Assembly (NCBI GenBank): GCA_037137775.1
Contig: JBAXJQ010000003.1
Coordinates: 920-64,919 of the forward strand
DNA from: Candidatus Falkowbacteria bacterium
Lineage (GTDB): Bacteria > Patescibacteriota > Patescibacteriia > Patescibacteriales > GWE2-39-37
Direction: 5' to 3'
DNA: 64,000 bases
Shown: piece by piece, positions 46,028 through 54,226 of the stretch
Position numbering within the stretch: the stretch's first letter is position 1
How the letters are laid out: the number at the start of each line of letters is the position of its first letter
The notes under the pieces: generated by a model
What the model saw: the letters and a program-made list of their open reading frames with translations, nothing else
Told to the model about the DNA's origin: nothing
Databases searched by the model: none
Made by a program: the position numbers and the translations under genes

Positions 46028-46090
46028 TATTTTCTCATAACAAAAAACCGCCGGTATATTTACCGGCGGTTTTTTGTTATGAGAAAATAT
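46027..46090. terminator. perfect 30-bp-arm inverted repeat (bidirectional terminator core accgccggta/taccggcggt)
   Basis: 46027-46056 is the exact reverse complement of 46061-46090, with a 4-nt loop. It sits between convergent cspA and the ABC exporter gene. Confidence 0.7.
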
Positions 46091-46097
46091 AGTTTAA

Positions 46098-47867
46098 CTA
46101 TTCTTCATCCTCAACAAATTGTAAATCATGTAGTTTACGATAAGTAGGACTGGTAATGATAAGTTCTGAATGCTTGCCAATAGCCTCGATGCCGCCTTTA
46201 GCAAAAACCAAAATCATGTCTGCGTGAATAACAGTAGACAGTCGGTGGGCGATAATGAATGAAGTGCGGTTTTTTATTAAGGCGTCCGTTGCTTTGGTTA
46301 TTAGGCGCTCACTTTCTGTGTCCAAATGACTTGTTGCTTCGTCTAAAATTAATATTCTTGGATCGCGTAAAACAGCTCGGGCAATGCCGATTCGTTGACG
46401 TTCACCACCTGAGAGTTTTATGCCGCGTTCGCCTACAACTGTCTGATAGCCATTTTCTAATTTAAGAATAAAGTCATGTGCTAGGGCTGTCTTGGCAGCC
46501 CCAGCAATTAGTTTACTTGAAATTTTGGTCTGTCCGTACGCGATATTTTCTGCAATGGTGCGAGAAAAAAGATCAACTTCTTGAGGTACAACTGCAATTT
46601 GTTTACGTAGGCTTTCTTGGGTGGCATCACGAATATCGACATTATCAATAAAGATGCCGCCTTTTTGTGGATCATAGGAACGGAGAAGTAAGTTGATAAA
46701 TGTAGTTTTGCCGCTACCAGATCGTCCAACTAGAGCACAAGTGGTTCCTGCCGGCACCATAACATTGATATGTTTAAGCGCGTATTGATTATCGCCTCGA
46801 TATGAAAAAGATACATTTTTAAATTCTACCCCAGTTTTTAATGGGAGTAGTTTTATGGCATTCGGTTTGTCCATAATATGAACCGACTCGTCAAAAATGG
46901 ATAATAACCGTTCAACTCGAGTGAGGTTGCGTCTAATGCGAGTAAACAAGGCTCCTAGGTTTGAAAGTGGTTGGTAGGCCATACTTTGTAAGGTAATATA
47001 CAAAACAAATTGACCAATAGTAGCAGTACCGTTCATTACAAAATATGCACTTAGGGTTAAGACCGCTACACGACCAATGGCTGATATGATAGTTTGAATG
47101 TTTTCTACCCTCTCCCAGAGCCGTTCCGCGCCGTATTAAATTTCTCGAGCATTAATCATCAAGCGTTGATGATTTTTGGTTTCAATTTCTTCTTGTGAAA
47201 ACTTTTTAACGGTTAATACATTGCCCGCTACATCATAAAGCTCCTTGGAGATTGTTTCAAAAGCATCGTTTGATTGTTGCTCGGTTTGATATATTTTATT
47301 GGCAATGTGATGAGTGGCCAAGAGATAAATCGGAAAGGGGATGAGCACGGCAAGTGCCACCCAGACATTTTCATACAAGAGGGCAATAAAGGCGCCAAAA
47401 AATATAATGAGAGGTGGTATAATCGCTTGACCGATTAAATCGAAGATAATGGTATAAAAAGACACTCCGCCACGTTCAATTCGGCCGATTATCTGTCCGC
47501 TAGAGGCACTATGATGAAATAGAGAGTGGAGTTGGAGATATTTTTCAAAAGCCTTACTACGTAAATCATCTTCAACCTTGGTCACCATTACAAAGAGGTG
47601 GTAGTTGTAGTTAGAGTGGAGCATACTACTAATTACTGACAAACCAAGTATGCCCAGGGCACAGTAAGACAAGGTTTGCCAAGGCAAGACTCCGGGGTGG
47701 CTAATAAATTTAGTTAGAGTATCGATAAGCGTGCGTGAAACAAACGGCACAAGAATGCTGGCAAACTGAGAGATTGTGATAAGGACAAGTAAAAAAACAA
47801 TCGTTTTTTTACGATGTTTTAGATATAACAAGACGCGTAAAAGAGTTGAAGGTTGTTTGTTGGTCAT
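46098..47867 (-). pseudogene. ABC exporter (fused TMD-NBD, MsbA/type I exporter-like) interrupted by one in-frame TAA
   Basis: ORFs 47136-47867 (TMD part) and 46098-47036 (TMD end plus NBD, with GRSGSGKTT, LSGGERQR and ILILDEATS) are in the same frame. The 99 nt between them contain no stop. The only interruption is TAA at 47136-47138, giving 589 sense codons in total. Confidence 0.75.
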
Positions 47868-48052
47868 CTAAGTATAAATATTAATTTATTATATCATATA
47901 AATTTAATCAGAAAAAACATCACCACTCCTGATTACTGGGTGGCGATAGATTATGTTGTGAAAGACATTATCTACCATCGGCTTCATCTAAGCAATCCCC
48001 CAAAATTTAATGCACAGGTACAAACATTTAATATTCTTACAAAAATAAATAT

Positions 48053-48082
48053 TTGTAAAGTTAGAAAATTTGCCTTTATAAT
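48053..48082 (+). promoter_or_regulatory. candidate promoter of the plus-strand structured RNA
   Basis: TTGTAA (48053-48058), 18-nt spacer, TATAAT (48077-48082). Confidence 0.45.
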
Positions 48083-48089
48083 TTTTTCA

Positions 48090-48245
48090 TTTTATTGGCT
48101 CGGGGATAGGGATTTACCCCTACGCTACCGCTTCGGGGCATAAACTCCCGCCCGCCTGACGTTAGTCGGGCAGGTCTCATCCCATTCTCTAGCACGGTAA
48201 TATAAAACAACACCACGCTTTCGCTTAGGTGTTGTTTTATATTTT
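48090..48245 (+). ncRNA. candidate structured small RNA of unknown class
   Basis: GC-rich island in AT-rich DNA. Closing helix 48098-48113 / 48179-48193 (14 of 15 pairs, 2 of them G-U). Hairpins 48134-48150 and 48154-48171. All 4 wobble pairs are G-U only on the plus strand. Promoter upstream and terminator downstream. Confidence 0.45.
48204..48238. terminator. bidirectional terminator hairpin shared by the sRNA candidate (+) and tRNA-Gln (-)
   Basis: 11-bp stem aaaacaacacc/ggtgttgtttt with U-rich tracts following it on both strands. Confidence 0.65.
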
Positions 48246-48246
48246 G

Positions 48247-48317
48247 CTCGGGGATAGGGATTCGAACCCCAATTGACGGGACCAAAACCCGCTGTCCTAC
48301 CATTAGACGATCCCCGA
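48247..48317 (-). tRNA. tRNA-Gln (anticodon UUG)
   Basis: Minus strand TCGGGGATCGTCTAATGGTAGGAC...TTTTGGT...TGGGGTTCGAATCCCTATCCCCGAG. Cloverleaf folded by hand. CCA not encoded. Confidence 0.9.
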
Positions 48318-48341
48318 ATATATTTATGTAAGCTATGTTAC

Positions 48342-48370
48342 AGAATACAATAGCTTTATTTTATTGTCAA
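48342..48370 (-). promoter_or_regulatory. promoter of tRNA-Gln
   Basis: The minus strand reads TTGACA (48370-48365), 17-nt spacer, TATTCT (48347-48342). Confidence 0.5.
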
Positions 48371-48390
48371 AAAATGTTCAGTTGAAACGC

Positions 48391-48420
48391 GAAAAGAGGA
48401 AGGATAAATCCTTCTCTCTT
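48391..48420 (-). terminator. terminator of the small-ORF transcription unit
   Basis: The minus strand reads aagagaGAAGGA-uuua-UCCUUCcucuuuuc: 11 bp with one bulge, followed by a U-run. Confidence 0.5.
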
Positions 48421-48432
48421 TGTGTGATATAG

Positions 48433-48591
48433 CTAGATGGAAGTGGTGGCAATGTGGTCAAGTTGTTGGTTGATAATGGTCAACAGCTTCAACACAATGG
48501 CGATCACTTGATCTGCTATATCGGGAAGGGCTATCTTGAGCACTAGAATGACTAGTAGGAGTGATAGCGCTCCCGAGATTGCTTTAAACAT
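48433..48591 (-). CDS. unannotated 52-aa hydrophobic peptide (MFKAISGALSLLLVILVLKIALPDIADQVIAIVLKLLTIINQQLDHIATTSI)
   Basis: ATG to TAG, bracketed by a strong promoter plus structured leader upstream and a terminator downstream. No SD. Below the ORF-track cut-off. Confidence 0.35.
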   Translation of the reverse strand: MFKAISGALSLLLVILVLKIALPDIADQVIAIVLKLLTIINQQLDHIATTSI

Positions 48592-48721
48592 AGGATTAGT
48601 ATGTTTATGAAAGGGAAGCGCCGTCGACTAGTCGGCTCAAAGACGCGGAGTGATTGCGTCACCCTTCCTGCCTCTGACCCTGCGGGCAAAAGTAGGAAGG
48701 CATAGCCAGATTGTTAAGGTT
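48592..48721 (-). promoter_or_regulatory. GC-rich structured 5' leader (riboswitch-like or independent ncRNA), class unknown
   Basis: Hairpins GACGC-N9-GCGUC and GCCG...CGGC. The segment AGGAAGGG can pair either with the upstream CCUUCCU or with the downstream CCCUUUC, and these two pairings are mutually exclusive. Confidence 0.4.
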
Positions 48722-48727
48722 CGTAGT

Positions 48728-48756
48728 ATAATAGCACAAAGTTTTATTATTGTCAA
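48728..48756 (-). promoter_or_regulatory. near-consensus sigma70 promoter driving the structured leader and small ORF
   Basis: The minus strand reads TTGACA (48756-48751), 17-nt spacer, TATTAT (48733-48728). Confidence 0.6.
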
Positions 48757-48773
48757 GATTGTAATTTATTTCG

Positions 48774-48802
48774 TAGACAAGGTGGCTAAGCTTTGGTACA
48801 AT
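48774..48802 (+). promoter_or_regulatory. promoter of pyrG
   Basis: TAGACA (48774-48779), 17-nt spacer, extended -10 TGgTACAAT (TACAAT at 48797-48802). Confidence 0.5.
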
Positions 48803-48847
48803 AGAGAAAATGTAGCAATCCGCGACTAAAATATTTATTTGATATAC

Positions 48848-50512
48848 ATGGCAAAAGCAAAAGAAACTACTCGTAAAACAAAGTATATCTTTGTAGTTGG
48901 TGGCGTTATGTCCGGCGTCGGCAAAGGCATTACTGCGGCATCAATTGGCCGCATTTTAATTGGTCGTGGTTTTAAAGTGAGCGCCACCAAGATTGATCCG
49001 TATGTGAACGTTGATGCAGGTACTATGAATCCGACCGAGCACGGTGAGGTGTTTGTAACTGAGGATGGTGACGAAACCGACCAAGACATTGGCAACTATG
49101 AACGATTTTTGAATAAAGATATTTATCGGGAGAATTACATGACCACTGGCCGAGTGTACCTCTCGGTCATTAATCGTGAACGAAATTTGGAATATCATGG
49201 TGCGTGTGTCCAAGTTGTGCCTCATATTCCATTGGAGGTAATTAGTCGCATTCAGCACGCGGCTGATAAAAGCAAGGCCGAGATTATGATTGTGGAGATT
49301 GGTGGCACTGTAGGAGAATATGAAAATATTTTATTTTTAGAAGCAATTCGGTTATTGAAAATAAAACAGCCCAAAGACGTGATGACGGTAATGGTTAGTT
49401 ATGTGCCAGTGCCAGGTAAGGTGGGTGAGATGAAAACCAAGCCAACCCAACACGCGGTGCGAACGGTAAACGGGGCTGGGATTCAGCCGGATATCATCGT
49501 TGCCCGCAGCGAAGTGCCCATGGATCGTAAGCGAAAAGAAAAAATTTCAATGTTTTGTAACGTCTCTGAAGATTGTGTAATTAGTGCTCCAGACGTTGAT
49601 TCGATTTATGATGTACCAATTAATTTTGAAAAAGATGATTTAGGTGATGTGGTCTTAAAAAAACTTGGCTTAAAATCTCGGGGTAAGGATTTGGTTGATT
49701 GGAAGGCAATGGTAGACAAGATGAAGCATTATAAAAAGGAAGTGAAAATTGGCATTGTGGGTAAATATTTTAAAACCGGTGATTTTAATCTCTCGGATTC
49801 TTACATTTCTGTCATTGAAGCCTTGAAGCATGGCGGCATGGCTAATAATATTAAAGTAAATTTAACCTGGATTAACACGGAAGAAATTGAAGAACAAGGG
49901 GTAAGGTTTTTAAAACAATTTGACGGCATCGTAGTGCCACAGGGCTGGGGATCACGGGGTAGTGAGGGTAAGATTACAACGATTAAATATTGCCGTGAAC
50001 ACAAGATGCCCTATTTTGGTTTATGTTACGGTATGCAAATGGCGGTTATCGAATTTTCACGTAATGTGTGCAAGCTGAAAGACGCCAACAGTGAAGAAGT
50101 CAATCCCAAAACTGAACATCCGGTAATCCATCTAATGGAGGAGCAAAAAGAATTGATTGCTAAAAAACAATACGGTGGTACCATTCGACTAGGCGGTTGG
50201 CCGTGTAAATTAGTTAAGGGGACACATCTCGCCAAAATTTATGCCAAGAAATTTGGTCAAGAAAATATTGTTTCCGAACGACACCGTCATCGTTATGAGT
50301 ATAATAATGACTATCGAGAACAATTGGAAAAAGCCGGTTTGGTTGTGGCTGGGACTTCACCGGACAATAAATTGGTCGAAGCCGTAGAGATTACCGACCA
50401 CCCATTTTTTATTGGCACTCAGTTTCATCCAGAGTATATTTCGCGTCCGCTCGACCCTCATCCTCTGTTTGTAGATTTTGTAAAGGTTTGTAGCTCACTT
50501 AAACATAAATAA
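48848..50512 (+). CDS. pyrG: CTP synthase
   Basis: N-terminal KYIFVVGGVMSGVGKG, C-terminal glutamine amidotransferase domain (GLCYGMQ, HRHRYE). ATG at 48848 is preferred over the TTG at 48839. Confidence 0.95.
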   Translation: MAKAKETTRKTKYIFVVGGVMSGVGKGITAASIGRILIGRGFKVSATKIDPYVNVDAGTMNPTEHGEVFVTEDGDETDQDIGNYERFLNKDIYRENYMTTGRVYLSVINRERNLEYHGACVQVVPHIPLEVISRIQHAADKSKAEIMIVEIGGTVGEYENILFLEAIRLLKIKQPKDVMTVMVSYVPVPGKVGEMKTKPTQHAVRTVNGAGIQPDIIVARSEVPMDRKRKEKISMFCNVSEDCVISAPDVDSIYDVPINFEKDDLGDVVLKKLGLKSRGKDLVDWKAMVDKMKHYKKEVKIGIVGKYFKTGDFNLSDSYISVIEALKHGGMANNIKVNLTWINTEEIEEQGVRFLKQFDGIVVPQGWGSRGSEGKITTIKYCREHKMPYFGLCYGMQMAVIEFSRNVCKLKDANSEEVNPKTEHPVIHLMEEQKELIAKKQYGGTIRLGGWPCKLVKGTHLAKIYAKKFGQENIVSERHRHRYEYNNDYREQLEKAGLVVAGTSPDNKLVEAVEITDHPFFIGTQFHPEYISRPLDPHPLFVDFVKVCSSLKHK

Positions 50513-50517
50513 TTTCT

Positions 50518-50850
50518 ATGTCAAACGTAGTAACCTTAACGGCAGAAAATTTTGAGGCCGAAGTATTAAAATCAGAGCTACCAGTGTTGGTTGATTTCTG
50601 GGCGCCTTGGTGTGGTCCATGTCGAATGATGGCACCAATTATTGATGAATTGGCCACCAAACATGCAGGCAAGATTAAGATTGCTAAATTAGATGTAAAC
50701 GAGTCCGAACATCAAGCCTTGGCAGATAAATATGGTATTCAAGGCATCCCTACGCTTAAAGTATTTAAAAATGGCGAGGTGGTAAAGGAGTTGGTTGGCT
50801 TTAAACCAAGCGAAGCCTTGGAAAATGAGCTGGCAGAATTTGTAGCTTAA
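50518..50850 (+). CDS. trxA: thioredoxin
   Basis: WAPWCGPC active site. 110 aa. Confidence 0.92.
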   Translation: MSNVVTLTAENFEAEVLKSELPVLVDFWAPWCGPCRMMAPIIDELATKHAGKIKIAKLDVNESEHQALADKYGIQGIPTLKVFKNGEVVKELVGFKPSEALENELAEFVA

Positions 50851-50939
50851 ATTTGGCTAATATTAAGGTTGGTGGACAAAAATCGATTTTTAGGCTATCA
50901 TAAAGACAGCGATAATAATTTATTAAGTTAAAGAACACT

Positions 50940-51098
50940 ATGGAAGCATATTGCGTCAAGTGTAAAGAGAAGCGAGAAATGACCGAAGCCCAGGAAGTTG
51001 AAATGAAGGGCAAGGGCACCGTTGTTCGCAGGGCGATGAAAGGTAAATGCCCAACCTGCAGCACGGCCATGTTCCGTATTTTAGGCAAAGCTGCTTAA
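50940..51098 (+). CDS. unannotated 52-aa zinc-ribbon protein (DUF5679-like)
   Basis: MEAYCVKCKEKREM...KGKCPTCSTAMFRILGKAA has two CxxC pairs. A terminator follows at 51117-51150. Preferred over the 95-aa antisense ORF at 50801-51088. Confidence 0.55.
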   Translation: MEAYCVKCKEKREMTEAQEVEMKGKGTVVRRAMKGKCPTCSTAMFRILGKAA

Positions 51099-51116
51099 GA
51101 TTTTCAAACATATTAT

Positions 51117-51150
51117 AAAAACCAGCCCTGGATTCGGGCTGGTTTTTTGT
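51117..51150 (+). terminator. Rho-independent terminator
   Basis: aaaaaccagccc / tggattc loop / gggctggttttt, followed by a T-run. Confidence 0.65.
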
Positions 51151-51188
51151 TTTATGAAATTATGGTATAATATAAGTAACACTACCCT

Positions 51189-51590
51189 ATGATTTTAGTA
51201 TATGTAATTGAAGATAATATATTGCAGAGCCAGGCATTATCTGCCCAACTATCTTTGGCTGGTATGAAATTTATATTACCGAATCATTTTGGCTCAATTG
51301 ACTATCAATTACAAGAAATACGTTGTCATCAGCCCCAAGTTATATTATTAAATCCTAAAATTAAAGCACTGGATGGTTGGGAGATGCTTAGTCAAATTTC
51401 TAGTCATAACGACACCAGACACATCCCAGTAGTTGGCTATCACCATCAGGCTGACGGTCAAATGGCCAAAAAATTTATTTTGCTGGGCGGAAAAGCGTTT
51501 TATCAACACAATTCCTCGACCGTTGAAGCGATACCCAAATATATTATAAAAATTTATACCAATTTACAAAAAATTCATGAAACTATATAA
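51189..51590 (+). CDS. stand-alone receiver (REC)-like domain protein with a degenerate phospho-acceptor site
   Basis: The beta1 strand and acidic pair VYVIEDN are present. At the end of beta3 the sequence VILLNPKIKALDGWEM has Asn where the phospho-accepting Asp normally sits. The conserved T and K positions are also not recognisable. Confidence 0.6.
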   Translation: MILVYVIEDNILQSQALSAQLSLAGMKFILPNHFGSIDYQLQEIRCHQPQVILLNPKIKALDGWEMLSQISSHNDTRHIPVVGYHHQADGQMAKKFILLGGKAFYQHNSSTVEAIPKYIIKIYTNLQKIHETI

Positions 51591-53505
51591 ATCAAAACTG
51601 TTTTACGTTTTTATTTTTTTTGTGTTGGCTGGTGGGGGGTATTTTTATTATCAAAGTAGTCAGAATAAATTACCTGTATTCACCACAGTAGCTGCGCAAA
51701 ATGGGAGACTAATACAAACCGTAAGCGAAACCGGCTCAATAAAAACATCGAATGGTATTAATTTAAATTTTTTAGCTAATGGTAAATTGGCAAAAAAATC
51801 AGTTAAAATTGGCGATAAGGTAAAAAAGGATCAGGTGTTGGCAGAGTTGGATTATTCTAATGTGTTAATACAACAAAAACAAGCACAAGCCAGTCTAGCT
51901 GTTGCTCAGGCCAACTTGTCTAAAATCTCAAATGGAGCAAGCGCGCAAGACATTGCGGTGTCAGCGTCCAATGTTAAACAAGCTCAAAATGCTTACCAGA
52001 ATGCCAAAACCGATTTGCAAAAAACACAAAAAACCACAATTGAAAATATTGCCCAAGCAAATAAAATGTTAGCCGATTTGGAGGCGACGGATAAAAATCG
52101 TTCCACCGCTGGCCAGGCAGTATTAGCCGCGGAAACTGCTTTGGCAAATGTTGATAAAACGTATCGACAGAATTTAATCAATCGTAAGGCAACCCTGTTG
52201 GCTTCAATTGAAAATCAGAATGTAACCATGCAAGGCTCAATTGATACGATTAATCGGGCATTGACTGATGAAAACGCTAAAGATACTTTAAGCGTGCAGG
52301 ATGCGAGTCAGTTGGCCAGTGCCAAAATAAATTATAATTTAGCACAAATAGCCTTAACACAATCGAAATCCAATCTTACAATCGCTATAGTAGATGAGAC
52401 TAAAATTGCCGATGCTTCAATTTCGGCATTATCAGCCTTAAATCAGGTATTAACTACTTTAAATTATACGTTTAATGCTTTAGCAAAATCATTGGTTAGT
52501 ACTAAATTTCCACAAAGCCAGTTAGATACGTTAAAAGCAACCATATCTACCCAGCAAGCCACCATCAATGCAGGTATTAGTGCGCTTCAAGCGAATAAAA
52601 ATAATTATGAGGATACGGTAGTGGCTTATTCGACTAGCTTGGCTTCAGCCCAGGCCGGATATGACCAGGCTATGGCCGCGCTGACCAGTGCGATTAAAGC
52701 GGCCAAAAATGCCACAACTAATACTCAATTAGCCAGTGAACAGCAAGTGCAATCGGCAAAAAGTCGTGGCGATGCTGCATATCAGGCCTGGCAATATGCT
52801 GAAGCACAATTGCAAAAAACAACTGCCAAGGCACGTCCTGAAGATATTAGGTTAGCTGAAGCGCAGATTTCCCAGGCGCAGGCCAGTGTGGATGCCATCA
52901 GTAATCAAATCGCTAATAGTATTATCAAAGCACCGATTGATGGGGAAATTACACAAGTCAATTATGAAATCGGTGAGCAGCCAGTTGTTACCAAGCCGGT
53001 AATTACCATGCTAAGCCAGGGTAAGTTTGAAATTGAGGTTGATATTTCGGAGGCAGATATTACCAAAGTCAAACAAGGTAATTTTGCTAAAGTTACCTTT
53101 GATGCCTTTGGTGATGGCATTGTTTTTAACGCCGAGGTGATGTTTGTTGAGCCGGCGCAGACCGTTATTCAGGACGTGGTTTACTATAAAAGCGTAGTAG
53201 ATAATTTAACGTTGGCTACTTCAACTACCATTGGAACCAGTACTGATTATCTTGCTCAAATTAGGCCAGGCATGACTGCTAATGTAATCATCACTACTGC
53301 CACCAGGGATAATACGTTAATCGTGCCAACCAGGGCAATTGTTGATCGAGGCGGATTAAAATATACTCGATTACTACTAGACAAAAAAGCAGTTGAAGTA
53401 CCGGTGGTTTTGGGTTTGCGCGGTGATGAAGGCTTGGTTGAGATTCTTGGTGGGGTAAAGGTTGGTGATTTAGTGATTACTTCAAGTCTGACTACGGCAA
53501 AATAG
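51577..53505 (+). CDS. HlyD/MacA-family periplasmic adaptor (membrane fusion protein) with an unusually long Ala/Gln-rich coiled coil
   Basis: N-terminal TM helix, lipoyl-like half motifs (GDKVKKDQVLAELD ... APIDGEITQV), a coiled coil of about 330 aa, and a beta-barrel C-terminus. Confidence 0.8.
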   Translation: MKLYKSKLFYVFIFFVLAGGGYFYYQSSQNKLPVFTTVAAQNGRLIQTVSETGSIKTSNGINLNFLANGKLAKKSVKIGDKVKKDQVLAELDYSNVLIQQKQAQASLAVAQANLSKISNGASAQDIAVSASNVKQAQNAYQNAKTDLQKTQKTTIENIAQANKMLADLEATDKNRSTAGQAVLAAETALANVDKTYRQNLINRKATLLASIENQNVTMQGSIDTINRALTDENAKDTLSVQDASQLASAKINYNLAQIALTQSKSNLTIAIVDETKIADASISALSALNQVLTTLNYTFNALAKSLVSTKFPQSQLDTLKATISTQQATINAGISALQANKNNYEDTVVAYSTSLASAQAGYDQAMAALTSAIKAAKNATTNTQLASEQQVQSAKSRGDAAYQAWQYAEAQLQKTTAKARPEDIRLAEAQISQAQASVDAISNQIANSIIKAPIDGEITQVNYEIGEQPVVTKPVITMLSQGKFEIEVDISEADITKVKQGNFAKVTFDAFGDGIVFNAEVMFVEPAQTVIQDVVYYKSVVDNLTLATSTTIGTSTDYLAQIRPGMTANVIITTATRDNTLIVPTRAIVDRGGLKYTRLLLDKKAVEVPVVLGLRGDEGLVEILGGVKVGDLVITSSLTTAK

Positions 53506-53508
53506 ACT

Positions 53509-54222
53509 ATGCTAATAAAAATTACAAACTTGAATAAAACGTATTTAACTGGCGAATTACAAACGCCAGTTTTGTCTGACATCAATATTGAAATTGATAA
53601 CGGTGAGTTCGTTTCAATTATGGGACCGTCTGGTTCGGGTAAATCAACCTTAATGCATATTTTGGGGTTTTTAGATCGGCCAACTTCTGGCCACTATTTT
53701 TTTGACGGTAAAGACGTGAGCGGTTTAGTTGATGACGAATTAGCCTTGTTGCGCAATGAAAAAGTAGGTTTTGTCTTTCAAGCGTTTAATTTACTGCCAC
53801 GCACCACGGTTTTAGAAAACGTAAAATTACCGTTGCTTTATGCCGAGGGTAAAATTGATACCGAAGAACGTTCAAAAGAAGTCTTGGAAAGTGTAGGCCT
53901 TTCACATCGATTAAAATATTTTACTAATCAAATCTCTGGCGGCGAGAAACAGCGCGTAGCTATTGCCCGTGCATTGGTTAATCACCCATCAGTCATCTTT
54001 GCGGATGAACCGACCGGTAATCTTGATTCAAAATCAGGTGTTCAAATTATGGCCATATTGCAAAAATTGAATCAAGAAGGCAAGACCATAATATTAGTTA
54101 CACACGAAACCTATACTTCGGAGCACGCAAAACGGATTATCCGTATTCGAGATGGCCGCATTGAATCAGACGAGCCTGTTTTAAATCGTCGTTTTGCCAG
54201 TGAAGATGAATTATTGAAATAA
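53509..54222 (+). CDS. MacB/LolD-type ABC ATPase
   Basis: GPSGSGKST, ISGGEKQR and IFADEPTGNLD motifs. 237 aa. Confidence 0.92.
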   Translation: MLIKITNLNKTYLTGELQTPVLSDINIEIDNGEFVSIMGPSGSGKSTLMHILGFLDRPTSGHYFFDGKDVSGLVDDELALLRNEKVGFVFQAFNLLPRTTVLENVKLPLLYAEGKIDTEERSKEVLESVGLSHRLKYFTNQISGGEKQRVAIARALVNHPSVIFADEPTGNLDSKSGVQIMAILQKLNQEGKTIILVTHETYTSEHAKRIIRIRDGRIESDEPVLNRRFASEDELLK

Positions 54223-54226
54223 TCCG

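Noticed and set aside
48098-48262. The two copies of GCTCGGGGATAGGGATT as a CRISPR array or as attL/attR of an integrated prophage or island
   Set aside because: There are only two copies 148 bp apart, so this is not an array. There is no integrase, phage or mobility gene between or near them, so an intact integrative element is excluded. A deletion scar remains possible and is discussed in the findings.
48076-48303. 75-aa minus-strand ORF
   Set aside because: It runs through tRNA-Gln, the terminator hairpin and the structured RNA candidate. It has no start context and its translation looks like that of RNA-gene sequence.
48600-48715. The GC-rich structured region as SRP (4.5S) RNA or as a pyrG attenuator leader
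   Set aside because: It has no GGAA/GNRA-capped helix-8 with the AGCAGC-type symmetric loop motif. The pyrG promoter (48774-48802) lies downstream of the region, and the only strong promoter that reads into it is on the minus strand.
50801-51088. 95-aa minus-strand ORF
   Set aside because: It overlaps the trxA 3' end and is antisense to a zinc-ribbon ORF that has a matching terminator. Its translation has no motifs.
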